Assembly: GCA_964016885.1 (NCBI GenBank) | Contig: OZ024745.1 | Location: 130,882,001 to 130,946,000 of the forward strand | From: Eledone cirrhosa | Taxonomy: Eukaryota | DNA: 64,000 nt | Direction: 5' to 3' | Shown here: in pieces, positions 43,180-54,629 of the stretch | Layout: each line of letters opens with the position of its first letter | Numbering within the stretch: position 1 is the first letter of the stretch | Notes under the pieces: generated by a model | What the model saw: the letters and a program-made list of their open reading frames with translations, nothing else | What the model was told of the DNA's origin: nothing | Databases searched by the model: none | Translations under genes and position numbers: made by a program

Positions 43180-43425
43180 TCGAAATATAATAAATGAATG
43201 TAACAGATAAAATCCATGGGGCTGAAAATCATAGACCCGAGGGCGAGCGACCATCTAGCATCTTCCACTTTAGCCGGTCACGCTCAAGTCGCCCTCAAGT
43301 CGCCCTCAAGTCGCCCCTTGAGGGCGACCGGCTAAAGTGGAAGATGCTAGATGGTCGCTCGCCCTCGGGTCTATGATTTTCAGCCCCATAGATTTTATCT
43401 GTTACATTCATTTATTATATTTCGA

Positions 43426-43482
43426 ATACCTGATGATATCACCGGATTCATACGGAACCCGGTCTTGAAATGATCATAGTAT
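43426..43482 (+). ncRNA. Type-I hammerhead ribozyme (inverted partner of 43122-43179)
   Basis: ATAC-CTGATGA-TATCACCGG...CCGGTCTT-GAAA-TGATCA-TA-GTAT, followed directly by AATAAA. Confidence 0.8.
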
Positions 43483-43531
43483 AATAAACCTTTCAAGGAT
43501 TTACATAAGTCTAGCCTTCTATTTTATTATA

Positions 43532-43612
<81 letters not shown>

Positions 43613-43844
43613 ATAGATTTTATTCACAGTTATTTAAATAAGATTACAAATAATAAATGAGAGGAAAAGAAGGGGGAAAGAAAGAACTCTTGGGCCACAG
43701 AAGAATGGGAAGAGGAAAGGTGATTGACTCTGGGCCTAAGGTGAGGCGTTCAATGTTTTCCAACTATCTTACTTTAATTTTCATGTTGTTTACCATACCT
43801 ATGTGTATTATACCTGACGTAGCCGTGGTGTGAGTAGGTTATAC

Positions 43845-44048
43845 CTGAAAGGAAGGTTGGCTGGTAAGAGAAGCAGAAGCCGGCAGCCAAAATGATGGCT
43901 TGATAATGTCAACCTTTGGACTGGACTTGATCTTTGCTCTTTAAACCCTGCTGCTGGTGATCAAACTTTATGGAGAAAAATATGTCATGTTGATGCGCAG
44001 TTTGCAACAGGCGGAGTTTAGCGTCAAATTAGTAGCCGTCATTTTAAT
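43845..44048 (+). mobile_element. RTE-like LINE 3' end
   Basis: GRLAGKRSRSRQPK*WLDNVNLWTG...LWRKICHVDAQFATGGV*. Confidence 0.7.
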
Positions 44049-44159
44049 GCAAAAATTAACTAGTATGATTTTGTTTCCATTTCTCTTTATTTCATTCAGC
44101 TTACTGTTTTCTAATTTTTTGCTGTTGTAGCTGTCATCCCTTAACGAGCAGACCTATAA

Positions 44160-44378
44160 TAATTTCTGATTTAAACACAAGGCCAGCAATTCTGGGGGGA
44201 GGGGAAAGTCGATTTAATCGACTCCAGTGCGTGACTGGTACTTTATTTTATCGACCCCCGTAAGGATGAAAGGTAAAGTTAACCTCAGCGGCATTTTGAC
44301 CTCAGAACGTAAAAAACCGTAACTCTATGCCGTGAAGCAAGGTGTCCGACGCTCTACCGATACTCCCAATACACCGCC
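44160..44378 (-). mobile_element. SINE copy
   Basis: Reverse complement of the consensus. Confidence 0.85.
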
Positions 44379-44811
44379 CTGAGAAGACCTATAATCAAAA
44401 GCATTCTGCCGTAAAGATCCTATTTAAAAATATCAGTAAGCTAAAGTAAGTCTTTTTCGGGGATTTCGGTGTTATTTCTAACATATCAAATAACTACATA
44501 GAAGCGCCTTCTACTGATAGTTGTTATCTATCACAAACATTGTTTAACAACTCTCAATAGCCAAAAGAATAGAAACGCATAGAAAATTACTCAACTTAAT
44601 TTATACCACTTGCTGTAGATGTTATGATATTGAAATTTCACACCGTGTTTTATCTTACAAGTATGTGTAGCCTTCATCATTGTTGATATCAATATTAATA
44701 TTATTGTTGATATCAATATTAATATCATTGAATGTATTTCACCTTGTAGGGGGATAAGTTGTTACTCTGTAGATAACATACAATATATTCTTGTTCGATA
44801 TCTTAATGACT

Positions 44812-44812
44812 G

Positions 44813-44846
<34 letters not shown>

Positions 44847-44889
44847 GCTGCTGCTGCTACTACTACTACTGCTACTGCTACTACTACTG

Positions 44890-44926
<37 letters not shown>

Positions 44927-45210
44927 CACTACTACTGCTACAACCACTACTACTGCTCCTGCTACTACTACTACTGCTACTGCTACTACTACTGCTGCTA
45001 CTGCTATTACTACTACTACTATTGCTACTACTACTACTACTGCTACCACTACTACTACTACTACCACTGCTGCTACTGCTATTACTACTACTACTACTAC
45101 TGCTGCTGCTACTGCTACTACTACTACTACTACGACTACTACTACTACTACTACTAATACTACTACTGCTACTACTGATACTGTTACTACTACTATTACT
45201 ACTATTGATG

Positions 45211-45244
<34 letters not shown>

Positions 45245-45409
45245 GACTACTACTACTACTAATACTACTACTGCTACTACTACTACTACTACTGCAGTTG
45301 CTGTTGCTGTTGCTGATGTTGATTTTGATGTGTAGTGGTAGAGTATAGTGGTGATGATGCTGGTTCTGGTTGTGGTTGTGTTGGGGATTTTGGTGGTTGT
45401 CTTGGTGGC

Positions 45410-45479
<70 letters not shown>

Positions 45480-45487
45480 ACAGCAGC

Positions 45488-45548
<61 letters not shown>

Positions 45549-45562
45549 ACAGCAGCAGCAGC

Positions 45563-45596
<34 letters not shown>

Positions 45597-45600
45597 ACTA
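44812..45600. repeat. (CTA)n and (TAG)n trinucleotide tracts
   Basis: Direct inspection. Confidence 0.95.
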
Positions 45601-45621
45601 CAGAGGTTATTGTTGCTATTG

Positions 45622-45810
45622 CGGTGGATTGCCAGTATCGGTAGAGGGTCGTACGCCATGTTTTGACGCATAGAGTTGTGGCCCTCTGCGTTCTGAGTTC
45701 AAATCCCGCCGAGGTTAACTTTTCCTTTCATCCTTACGGAGTCGATAAAATAAAGTACCAGTAATACACTGGGATATTGCTGGCCTTGTGCCAAAAGTAG
45801 AAATAATTAT
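45622..45810 (+). mobile_element. SINE copy
   Basis: Consensus match. Confidence 0.85.
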
Positions 45811-45852
45811 TTATAATAATTGTTTCTTATATAGGTACAAGGCCTGTAATTT

Positions 45853-45945
45853 AGAGTAAGCGGAGGTGGAGTAAGCGGAGGTGGAGTAAGCGGAGGTGGA
45901 GTAAGCGGAGGTGGAGTAGGCGGAGGTAGAGTAAGCGGAGGTGGT
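45853..45945. repeat. 15-bp tandem repeat x6
   Basis: GAGTAAGCGGAGGTG. Confidence 0.9.
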
Positions 45946-46311
45946 GGAATTAGAGTCGGGGTGGGGGTCTGAATAAGAATATGGAGTAGAAAATATCTGA
46001 AAAATTTATGAGCAGTAGGGACGATTATTCGCGCCCCGAGAGTAATTAACTTTTCGTCGGATAACAAATTGTTCATTGGATCACCAAACAACTGTTGAAT
46101 CACTAATTAGCTTGTCAGCTCTCCAATTAGTTGATTGATAATTAGTTGCTGAATCCACCAATTGTACGTTGGATCACTGACTTATCGTTATATCAGCACC
46201 AGAAAATGTCTTCCTCCGGTTTATTCAAGCAAACCTACGTTAAATGAGTTTGATTCAGGGGAAATTTCGCTTCTATTACTTACGAGTTCAGCACCCTAAT
46301 GGATGCTTACA

Positions 46312-47243
46312 AGGAAACTATTTAGAGGCAGGTGAACTAAGATATTGTAGAATTAAAAGACATCCTTACAGGGAAACTATTTAGAGGCAGGTGAACTAAG
46401 ATATTGTAGAATTAAAAGACATCCTTACAGGGAAACTATTTAGAGGCAGGTGAACTAAGACATTGTAGAATTAAAAGACATCCTTACAGGGAAACTATTT
46501 AGAGGTAGGTGAAGTTAGACATTGTAGAATTAAAAGACTTCCTTACGGGGAAACTATTTAGAGGTAGGTGAACTAAGATATTGTAGAATTAAAAGACATC
46601 CTTACAGGGAAACTATTTAGAGGTAGGTGAACTAAGATATTGTAGAATTAAAAGACATCCTTACAGGGAAACTATTTAGAGGTAGGTGAAGTTAGACATT
46701 GTAGAATTAAAAGACATCCTTACAGGGAAACTATTTAGAGGTAGGTGAACTAAGACATTGTAGAATTAAAAGACATCCTTACAGGGAAACTATTTAGAGG
46801 TAGGTGAACTAAGATATTGTAGAATTAAAAGACATCCTTACAGGGAAACTATTTAGAGGTAGGTGAACTAAGATATTGTAGAATTAAAAGACATCCTTAC
46901 AGGGAAACTATTTAGAGGTAGGTGAAGTTAGACATTGTAGAATTAAAAGACATCCTTACAGGGAAACTATTTAGAGGTAGGTGAACTAAGACATTGTAGA
47001 ATTAAAAGACATCCTTACAGGGAAACTATTTAGAGGTAGGTGAACTAAGACATTGTAGAATTAAAAGACATCCTTACAGGGAAACTATTTAGAGGTAGGT
47101 GAAGTTAGACATTGTAGAATTAAAAGACATCCTTACAGGGAAACTATTTAGAGGTAGGTGAAGTTAGACATTGTAGAATTAAAAGACATCCTTACAGGGA
47201 AACTATTTAGAGTAAGGTGAACTAAGGCATTGTAGAATTAAAA
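46312..47243. repeat. 59-bp minisatellite, about 16 units
   Basis: Unit GGGAAACTATTTAGAGGTAGGTGAACTAAGATATTGTAGAATTAAAAGACATCCTTACA, head to tail without spacers. Confidence 0.95.
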
Positions 47244-47367
47244 GGCTGCAACATTAACACTGACCACAACTGGTGACATAAAATGAAAATAGACAATTAG
47301 ACTTATAATCAATCATTCATTTTGATTTGGTTATCGCTATTGTTTTATTTCACTGCATTATTTTTAG

Positions 47368-47742
47368 TTGGCAGTATCGGTAGAAGGTCGGACGCCCTGC
47401 TTTGCAGCATGGAGTTACGGTCCTTTACGGTGAACTAAGGCATTGTAGAATTGAAAGTCTTCACCATTCTGTCGTTGAAACACCAGAGCTCCGGCGAGTT
47501 TTTGATTCCAGAGTCGGGCCAGATCGATAGAGATCGAACCTTGATTTGATCAATAGCGAAACGCGCGTCGCCAGTTAATAAACATAATGAAGGCTTAACA
47601 AATCATCCTTGTATTATTTACGGTCTGAGTTCAAATCCCGTCGAGGTTAACTTTGCCTTTCATCCTTACGGGATCGATAAAATAAAGTACCAGTAATGTA
47701 CTGGGTAATTGCTGGCCTTGTGCCAAAAGTAGGAACAGTTAT
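47368..47742 (+). mobile_element. SINE interrupted by an insert of about 185 bp
   Basis: Head at 47368-47431; the body resumes at 47625. Confidence 0.8.
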
Positions 47743-47911
47743 AAATATTTACTCGTTGTTAACCCAACAATTTAAATAAAACTTTGCATATATATATATA
47801 TATATATATAACAGACGGAGAATCAGTGTTGCGATGAATTAGAATTTATTAGACATATTCTCTGAAATCGCAAGTTCGTCAGATACGTCTCAATCCCTCG
47901 AAGCAGAGTTT

Positions 47912-47961
<50 letters not shown>

Positions 47962-47980
47962 TCTTTCTCACGGATATGTG

Positions 47981-48037
47981 ATGCGTCTTGTTACTTTTGA
48001 GTTTCACCTGTGTACTCACAAGGTCATCAGGCATGAC
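47981..48037 (-). ncRNA. Hammerhead-like motif (stem I poor)
   Basis: Minus strand: CTGATGA-CCTTGTGAGTACACAGGT-GAAA-CTCAAAAG-TA, next to a (TA)n tract. Confidence 0.55.
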
Positions 48038-48682
48038 TTGTCTCATGAACCTGTAAATAATACAGAAGACAAAATCCAGAGTACAAAACTCATACCTTAG
48101 CCGTAATAAAGAATCTTATTAAATACTACTTCGGTACTGAATACTCATTGTCACGTCTGTCAACAACATCATACGGATAGTGGGGGGAGGGGGGAGAAGA
48201 AGAAGAAGAAGAAGAAGAAGAAGAAGAAGAAGAAGAAGAAGAAGAAGAAGAAGAAGAAGAAGAAGAAGAAGAAGAAGAAGAAGAACTGTAACAACAACAA
48301 CAATACAACAACAACAACAACAACAATAACAACAACTGTAACAACAGTAACAACAACAACAACAACAATACAACAACAACAACTGCAACAACAATAAAAG
48401 AGAGATCAACGTATTTATGTGTATCAACATACAATATTCTACTTTCGATTTAAATATTAATTTAGATTCCATTGCTATGGAAACACTAATGCTCCCAATT
48501 CCCTTGCAACTAAGTTAATTATTTCTCAACCATCTCTCTCTCTCCATCTATCTATTTATCTCTCTATCTCTCTCTCTCTCTCTCTCTCTCCATATATCTC
48601 TCTCTATCTATCTATCTATCTATCTCTCTATCTATCTCTATCTCTCTCATTCCCTCTCTCTCTATCTCTATCTATATATATA

Positions 48683-48721
<39 letters not shown>

Positions 48722-48769
48722 CTATCTCTCTCTCTATCTCCCTCACTCCCTCTCTATCCATCTATCTAT

Positions 48770-48828
<59 letters not shown>

Positions 48829-48917
48829 TATCTCTCTCTATCTATCTATCTATCTATCTCTCTATCTGTCTCTATCTCTCTCATTCACTCTCTCTCTATC
48901 TCTATCTATATATGTAT

Positions 48918-48951
<34 letters not shown>

Positions 48952-49072
48952 CTATCTCTCTCTCTATCTCCCTCACTCCCTCTCTATCCATCTATCTATC
49001 TATCCCTATCTCTTTTGCCCGACACAGCATCCACCGCTTGTCCACTCATTTTCTGTCTTCATTCTTATCATT

Positions 49073-49159
<87 letters not shown>

Positions 49160-49353
49160 ATAATAATAAATGTGAAGACTAAAATCCAAAGAGGGCTCGA
49201 TAAGGATAAATATATATCAAATATAGAAGAACCGTAGAGCAAATATCTATTAAAATCTGTTATTTTAATAAATATATATATACATATATATATATATGTA
49301 TAAATATATATACATATATATATATACATATATATATATACATATATATAGTC

Positions 49354-49410
<57 letters not shown>

Positions 49411-49617
49411 TAACGAAGAAATTGTGGTAAGGAACCAGATGGACCATAACGCACCAGAGTACTCAATACTTAGGGTAGTAGAGTGGGTAATAGGAAAAAG
49501 TATGACCCCGACGGCAGAGCTCAAGCCGTTTCGACGACTATTTCTATATACACATATATTTATACACATACATATATGTATACATATATACATATATATA
49601 TATGTATGTATATATAT

Positions 49618-49648
<31 letters not shown>

Positions 49649-49683
49649 CATATATACATATATATATGTATATATATATATAT

Positions 49684-49782
<99 letters not shown>

Positions 49783-50038
49783 TATATTCACATCATTCTA
49801 TTTTCTACTCCTGTAATCAATTTTAATCATTTATTTGTTGTCTGTTTTCTTCTTCCTTTCTTTCTTTCTATATTCTTTTTTATCTAATTCCCTAACTCCC
49901 TTTCTTCCTTCTCTTTCTCCCACTCTCTTCCTCTCTCATAACCTCTCCCTGCATCTTTTTCGTTCCGTACTTTTTTCACCCTAATGTCTTTCTCTCGTTT
50001 TCTCTATCTCTCTCTTCTATATATTATTATCTCACACT

Positions 50039-50081
<43 letters not shown>

Positions 50082-50349
50082 ACTCTCTCTCTCTATCATT
50101 ATCTCACTACCTCTTTTTCTCCCTTCTATCTATCACTACGTCACTCAACCTCTTTTTCTCCCTCCCTCATGTGTTCAAACAGTTTGATGTTTACCTTAAT
50201 GTTTAATACACCTGTTATCTGTTGGCCTTGGTGTGCTGCCACAATCTTTCTACTCCCCAATTAAGAGTTAAAATAACCGTGGAAGATTTTCAATTATTCA
50301 TAATACTTTTAAAAACTGATCATTTCAAAAATGTGTGCCTCAAAACTAG

Positions 50350-50441
50350 AGCAGTGCAGTCGAACATCAACCAGCAGTGCAGTCGAACATCAACCAGCAG
50401 TGCAGTCGAACATCAACCAGCAGTGCAGTCGAACATCAACC
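50350..50441. repeat. 23-bp perfect tandem repeat x4
   Basis: AGCAGTGCAGTCGAACATCAACC. Confidence 0.95.
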
Positions 50442-50550
50442 AACGTAAACAATTAATCTGCACTATTTGTGATGGATTTTCAGAACAACGATAATTAAAT
50501 TTAAACAATATTTTTTCGGTTTCACCTACTTTCGCTTATATTTTATAATC

Positions 50551-50882
50551 AGGTGGATTGGCAGTATTGGTAGAGGGTGTGGCGCCATGAGCCATGCCTT
50601 GCAGAAAAGACTTACCTCCCTTTAGTCTGAATTCACATCACGCCGAGGTTAGCTTTGCCTTTCATCCTTACAGGGTCGAAAAATAAAGTACCAGTAATGC
50701 ACTGGGGTAATTGCTGGCTTTATGCCAAAAGTAGAAACAACTATTCTATTAATGTGGATTGGCACTATCGGTAGAGACCTCTTTGCAGTCTTTTGCCTTT
50801 CATCCTTATGGGGTCGATAAAATAAAGTACCAGTAATGTACTGGAATAATTGCTGACCTTGTGCCAAAAAGTAGAAAGAATT
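50551..50882 (+). mobile_element. Two tandem SINE copies
   Basis: Consensus match; the second copy is internally deleted. Confidence 0.8.
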
Positions 50883-51057
50883 ATTCTATTAATGTAAAAA
50901 CGAATGAATTTTGAGGTTGTAAATATTGTCATTTTATTTAAACGTATCATATTTTGAAGAGAGTCCTTGTGTTTTAGTGACAAAACTTTAAAATATACAA
51001 GTAGACCTGCCCTTTATAGAGGCAAAGGATATATATATATATATATATGTGTGTGTC

Positions 51058-51188
<131 letters not shown>

Positions 51189-51315
51189 GTGTGTGTGTAC
51201 GTATATATATATATGTACATATATATATATGAAAATGTTTAACCACTCTACTACCCTAAGTATTGAGTACTCTGGTGCGTTATGGTCCATCTGGTTCCTT
51301 ACCACACCTCTTTCG

Positions 51316-51375
<60 letters not shown>

Positions 51376-51506
51376 CCAAAGATTAATATGGTTCATTGAT
51401 TACTCAATGAATATAGTTTTACAATAGATTAAAAGCACTCTACAAAGAAGTTTTCTGGAGTTCAAAATATTAATAAATGAAGACATTCACATAATCAAAA
51501 TATATG

Positions 51507-51568
51507 TTTTATTATATATATTTCGGAGGTACTGTGCTGTTTTGTCAGTACGTCCTCATCAGATAAAA
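51507..51568 (-). ncRNA. Type-I hammerhead ribozyme
   Basis: Minus strand: TTTTAT-CTGATGA-GGACGTACTG...CAGTACCTCC-GAAA-TATATA-TA-ATAAAA. Confidence 0.82.
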
Positions 51569-51679
51569 TACATAAGTTTATGTATGACATACCTCAACTG
51601 TCTTGATGGTTCAATTGACTGCCAATACTGGAATTGAACAATCAAAACAGTTGAGGTATGTCATACATCAATTCATGTA

Positions 51680-51738
51680 TTTTATCTGACGAGGACGTAC
51701 TGAAAAAACAGCACAGAACCTCCGAAATATATATAATA
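51680..51738 (+). ncRNA. Type-I hammerhead ribozyme, truncated just after the cleavage site
   Basis: TTTTAT-CTGACGA-GGACGTACTG...CAGAACCTCC-GAAA-TATATA-TA-ATA, then microsatellite. Confidence 0.7.
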
Positions 51739-52027
51739 TATGTGTGTGTGTGGTGGCGGTAGTTGTGGTGGTGGCAGTCGTTCAGGTGATGGTAGTGTTG
51801 TTGGAAGTGGTGGTGTTCGTGATGGCGATGGCTTTGTGGGTAGAATTGTTGGTAGTGATTGGGAATAGTGTTGTTGTTGTTAGTGTTGTTGTTGGTGTTG
51901 TTGTTGGTGTTGTTGTTGCTTTATATCAGTCCTCAACAAACAAACATAATCCAAGACATTTCAACAATTTACTTGCTAAAAGAGCCATCAAATCTTCTTT
52001 AAATTTCACTTCAGCTTTAATTAATAA

Positions 52028-52207
52028 TAATTGTTTCTACTTTTGGCACAAGTCCATCAATTACTCAGTACATTACTGGTATTTTATTTTATCGACCCCG
52101 TAAGGATGAAAGGCAAAGTTAACCTCGGCGAGATTTGAACACAGACCATAAAGGGCCGTAACTCTTTGCAGCAAAGCATGGCGTCCGACCCTCTACCGAT
52201 ACTGCCA
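52028..52207 (-). mobile_element. SINE copy
   Basis: Reverse complement of the consensus. Confidence 0.85.
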
Positions 52208-52808
52208 GATAATAATGACCTAGATATACTTCCCATCCACGAAAGAAAAGCATAAAGTTGGATACTTTTTAAACATACCTTGTAAATATGTGTGTATGTG
52301 TGTGTATGCGCATGTTTGTATATATATATATATCTACACATGTGTGTATGTATATATATATACCGAGAAAGAGTGGGGGAGAGAGATGGAAAAATTAGTT
52401 TTTAAAACATTTTTAATTCCTTACACGTGTTTCAAGAGAGTTGTACATCAAATTATTCGAAGAATGTTAGGTGAAAATTTATAAAGAAAATGATATAGGG
52501 ATATTGTTTGCACTTCTCCATCTTTAGCGGATTAAACAAATGTATTAAATTGAAGCAGAATATATCCGAAATTTATTTCTCACCTTACACATGTATGTAT
52601 ATATATGCATATGTATATGTATATATATGTATATATATATATACAAACGTGCATACAGGCAAATACATATATACTAGAATTTGTAGCTCAACATGGAAAT
52701 TTTAATAAATACGCATTCTTTACAGATTAACTCATTTAAACTAAATCTTTTTTCGTACTTAGGGCGTCATATTGTATATATATATGTGTGTTGTGTGTGT
52801 GTGTGTGT

Positions 52809-52917
<109 letters not shown>

Positions 52918-53289
52918 ACTCATGGGATCTGAACTCCTGGTAGAGTCGTGGGGCCGCCAACAAACGGCGTATCTCTAATATTTTGAAACCTAGTATATCC
53001 TAGCCCGCTTCCGGAGTTGGCTGTGTACCTTATTAACAAAAATTGGTATTTTATTTTGTAGAAATAAATTATGGTTATTAATGATAGAAAGTATGCTACT
53101 GCTGCTACTACTACTGCTACTGCTGCTACTACTACTGCTGCTGCTGCTACTTCGGCTACTGCTGCTGCAATAACTTGATCTTTTTAGCAAAAATATGAAG
53201 CAGTTTCTCTTTTATTAAAACTAACTCAAAAATCTCTCAGACGATTGAAGTGTGGAACCATCGGACATCAAAAGTTATGTATTTTAATT

Positions 53290-53472
53290 AATTGTTTCTA
53301 CTTTAGGCACAAGGCCAGCAATTACCCAGTGCATTACTGGTACTTTATTTTATTGACCCCGTAAGGATGAAAGGCAAAGTTAACCTCGGCGGGATTTGAA
53401 CTCAGAATGGCAAGGGCCGTAACTCCATACGTCAAAGCATGGCGTCCGACCCTCTACCGATACTGCCAATCC
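53290..53472 (-). mobile_element. SINE copy
   Basis: Reverse complement of the consensus. Confidence 0.85.
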
Positions 53473-53569
53473 ATGATTTCTAATATAGCAACAAGGCCAG
53501 AAATTGGGGGGGGGTGAGAAGGCTGATTACATCGATCTCAATTTTTAGTTGGTACTTTACATTTATAGT

Positions 53570-53850
53570 GGAGGCACGTGGCCTAGTGGTAAGGGTGTTG
53601 GACTTACGATCATGATGTCGTGGGCTCGATTCCTGGGTTGCGTGTTGTGTTCTTGAGCAAAACACTTCATTTCAGGTTGCTCCAGTATACTCAGCTGAAA
53701 ATGAGTACCAGCAATAGCTGGAGGTTTAACCCTGAGATGGACTGGCGTCCTGTCCAGGGGGGAGTCTTGTACTCTCAGTCGCTTCACGCCATGAAACCCG
53801 GATAAGCACCGGCCAAATGAGCCTTCTGGCTTAAGACAGACTTTAGACTT
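53570..53850 (+). mobile_element. CORE-like SINE
   Basis: TGGCCTAGTGG...GGCTCGATTCC head, TTCTTGAGCAAAACACTT, GATGGACTGGCGTCCTGTCCAGGG body. Confidence 0.75.
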
Positions 53851-53875
53851 TAAACTTACATTTATATTATATTTC

Positions 53876-54472
53876 TAGCATCCGTCTGTCTCAGGAGACA
53901 ATTGAGATTGCGCCATGGAAGTCAGTCTGTGGTGGAACTGCAGCGCCGGCTGTAGCTTTAGAGCCTGATCCTCGAACGACGGGTCGTGCTGCAGTTGCTG
54001 CATGTGAAGATGTCGTTCAAGGGAGCTGACTCCGCTCTCTGACGTCTGCGTACAAAGACAGAGGAACGAAAAGTCATCATTGGTGAGATACTGTTTGCTG
54101 ACGATGCCGCCCTGACGACACACACCGAGGTTGTTCTCCAAGAACTCATCAGCCGTTTCGCTCTTGCCTGCAAAGAGTTCGACCTCACGATCAGCATCAA
54201 AAAGACCAACATCCTGGGCCAAGATGTCAGCTCGGCTCCCCGCATCTCCATCGGCGACTGTACCCTCGACATGGTGGAAGATTTCCCATACCTTGGCTCC
54301 ACCATCTCCAGCAACCTCAGCCAGGACATCGAGCTAAACTCAAGGATCGGCAAAGCATCAGCATCAATGGCCCACCTGTCAAAGAGAGTGTGGGAAAACT
54401 CCATGCTAACCGTCAAGATAAAGATCAAGTACCAAGCCTGCGTGCTGAGTATACTGCTGTATGGAAGCGAGG
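53876..54472. mobile_element. RTE (BovB-like) LINE fragment with internal inversion
   Basis: Plus strand from about 54043: EILFADDAALTTH...FDLTISIKKTNIL...VEDFPYLGSTIS...NSRIGKAS...VLSILLYGSEA. Minus strand 53876-54045: C-terminal FTCSNC...SRIRL and 3' UTR. Confidence 0.9.
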
Positions 54473-54629
54473 CCGTTGATATTGGCTGGATTTAAACTCA
54501 GAATGAACACGTCAAAGCGTTCTGTCTGTTCCTCTAACGACTCGACTAATCACCGCCGTGTTGTATTGCAATTAATAAGAAGTATTCTTTAGCGAAATTA
54601 GCAATAAAATAAGGCGATTTTCACTGTAA

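Larger units (their letters stand above)
42926..43530. mobile_element. Fold-back PLE-like pseudo-LTR insertion
   Basis: Near-perfect inverted arms of about 200 bp (43093-43289 and 43318-43511) with an 11-bp tandem repeat at the centre. One hammerhead per arm; TA and TG tracts at the ends. Confidence 0.8.
51375..51740. mobile_element. Fold-back PLE-like pseudo-LTR insertion
   Basis: Imperfect inverted arms at about 51511-51616 and 51632-51738. The left side extends to (TA)n. Confidence 0.78.

Noticed and set aside
46312-47243. CRISPR-like regular array
   Set aside because: Units are contiguous with no unique spacers, no cas genes are present and the context is eukaryotic; it is a minisatellite.
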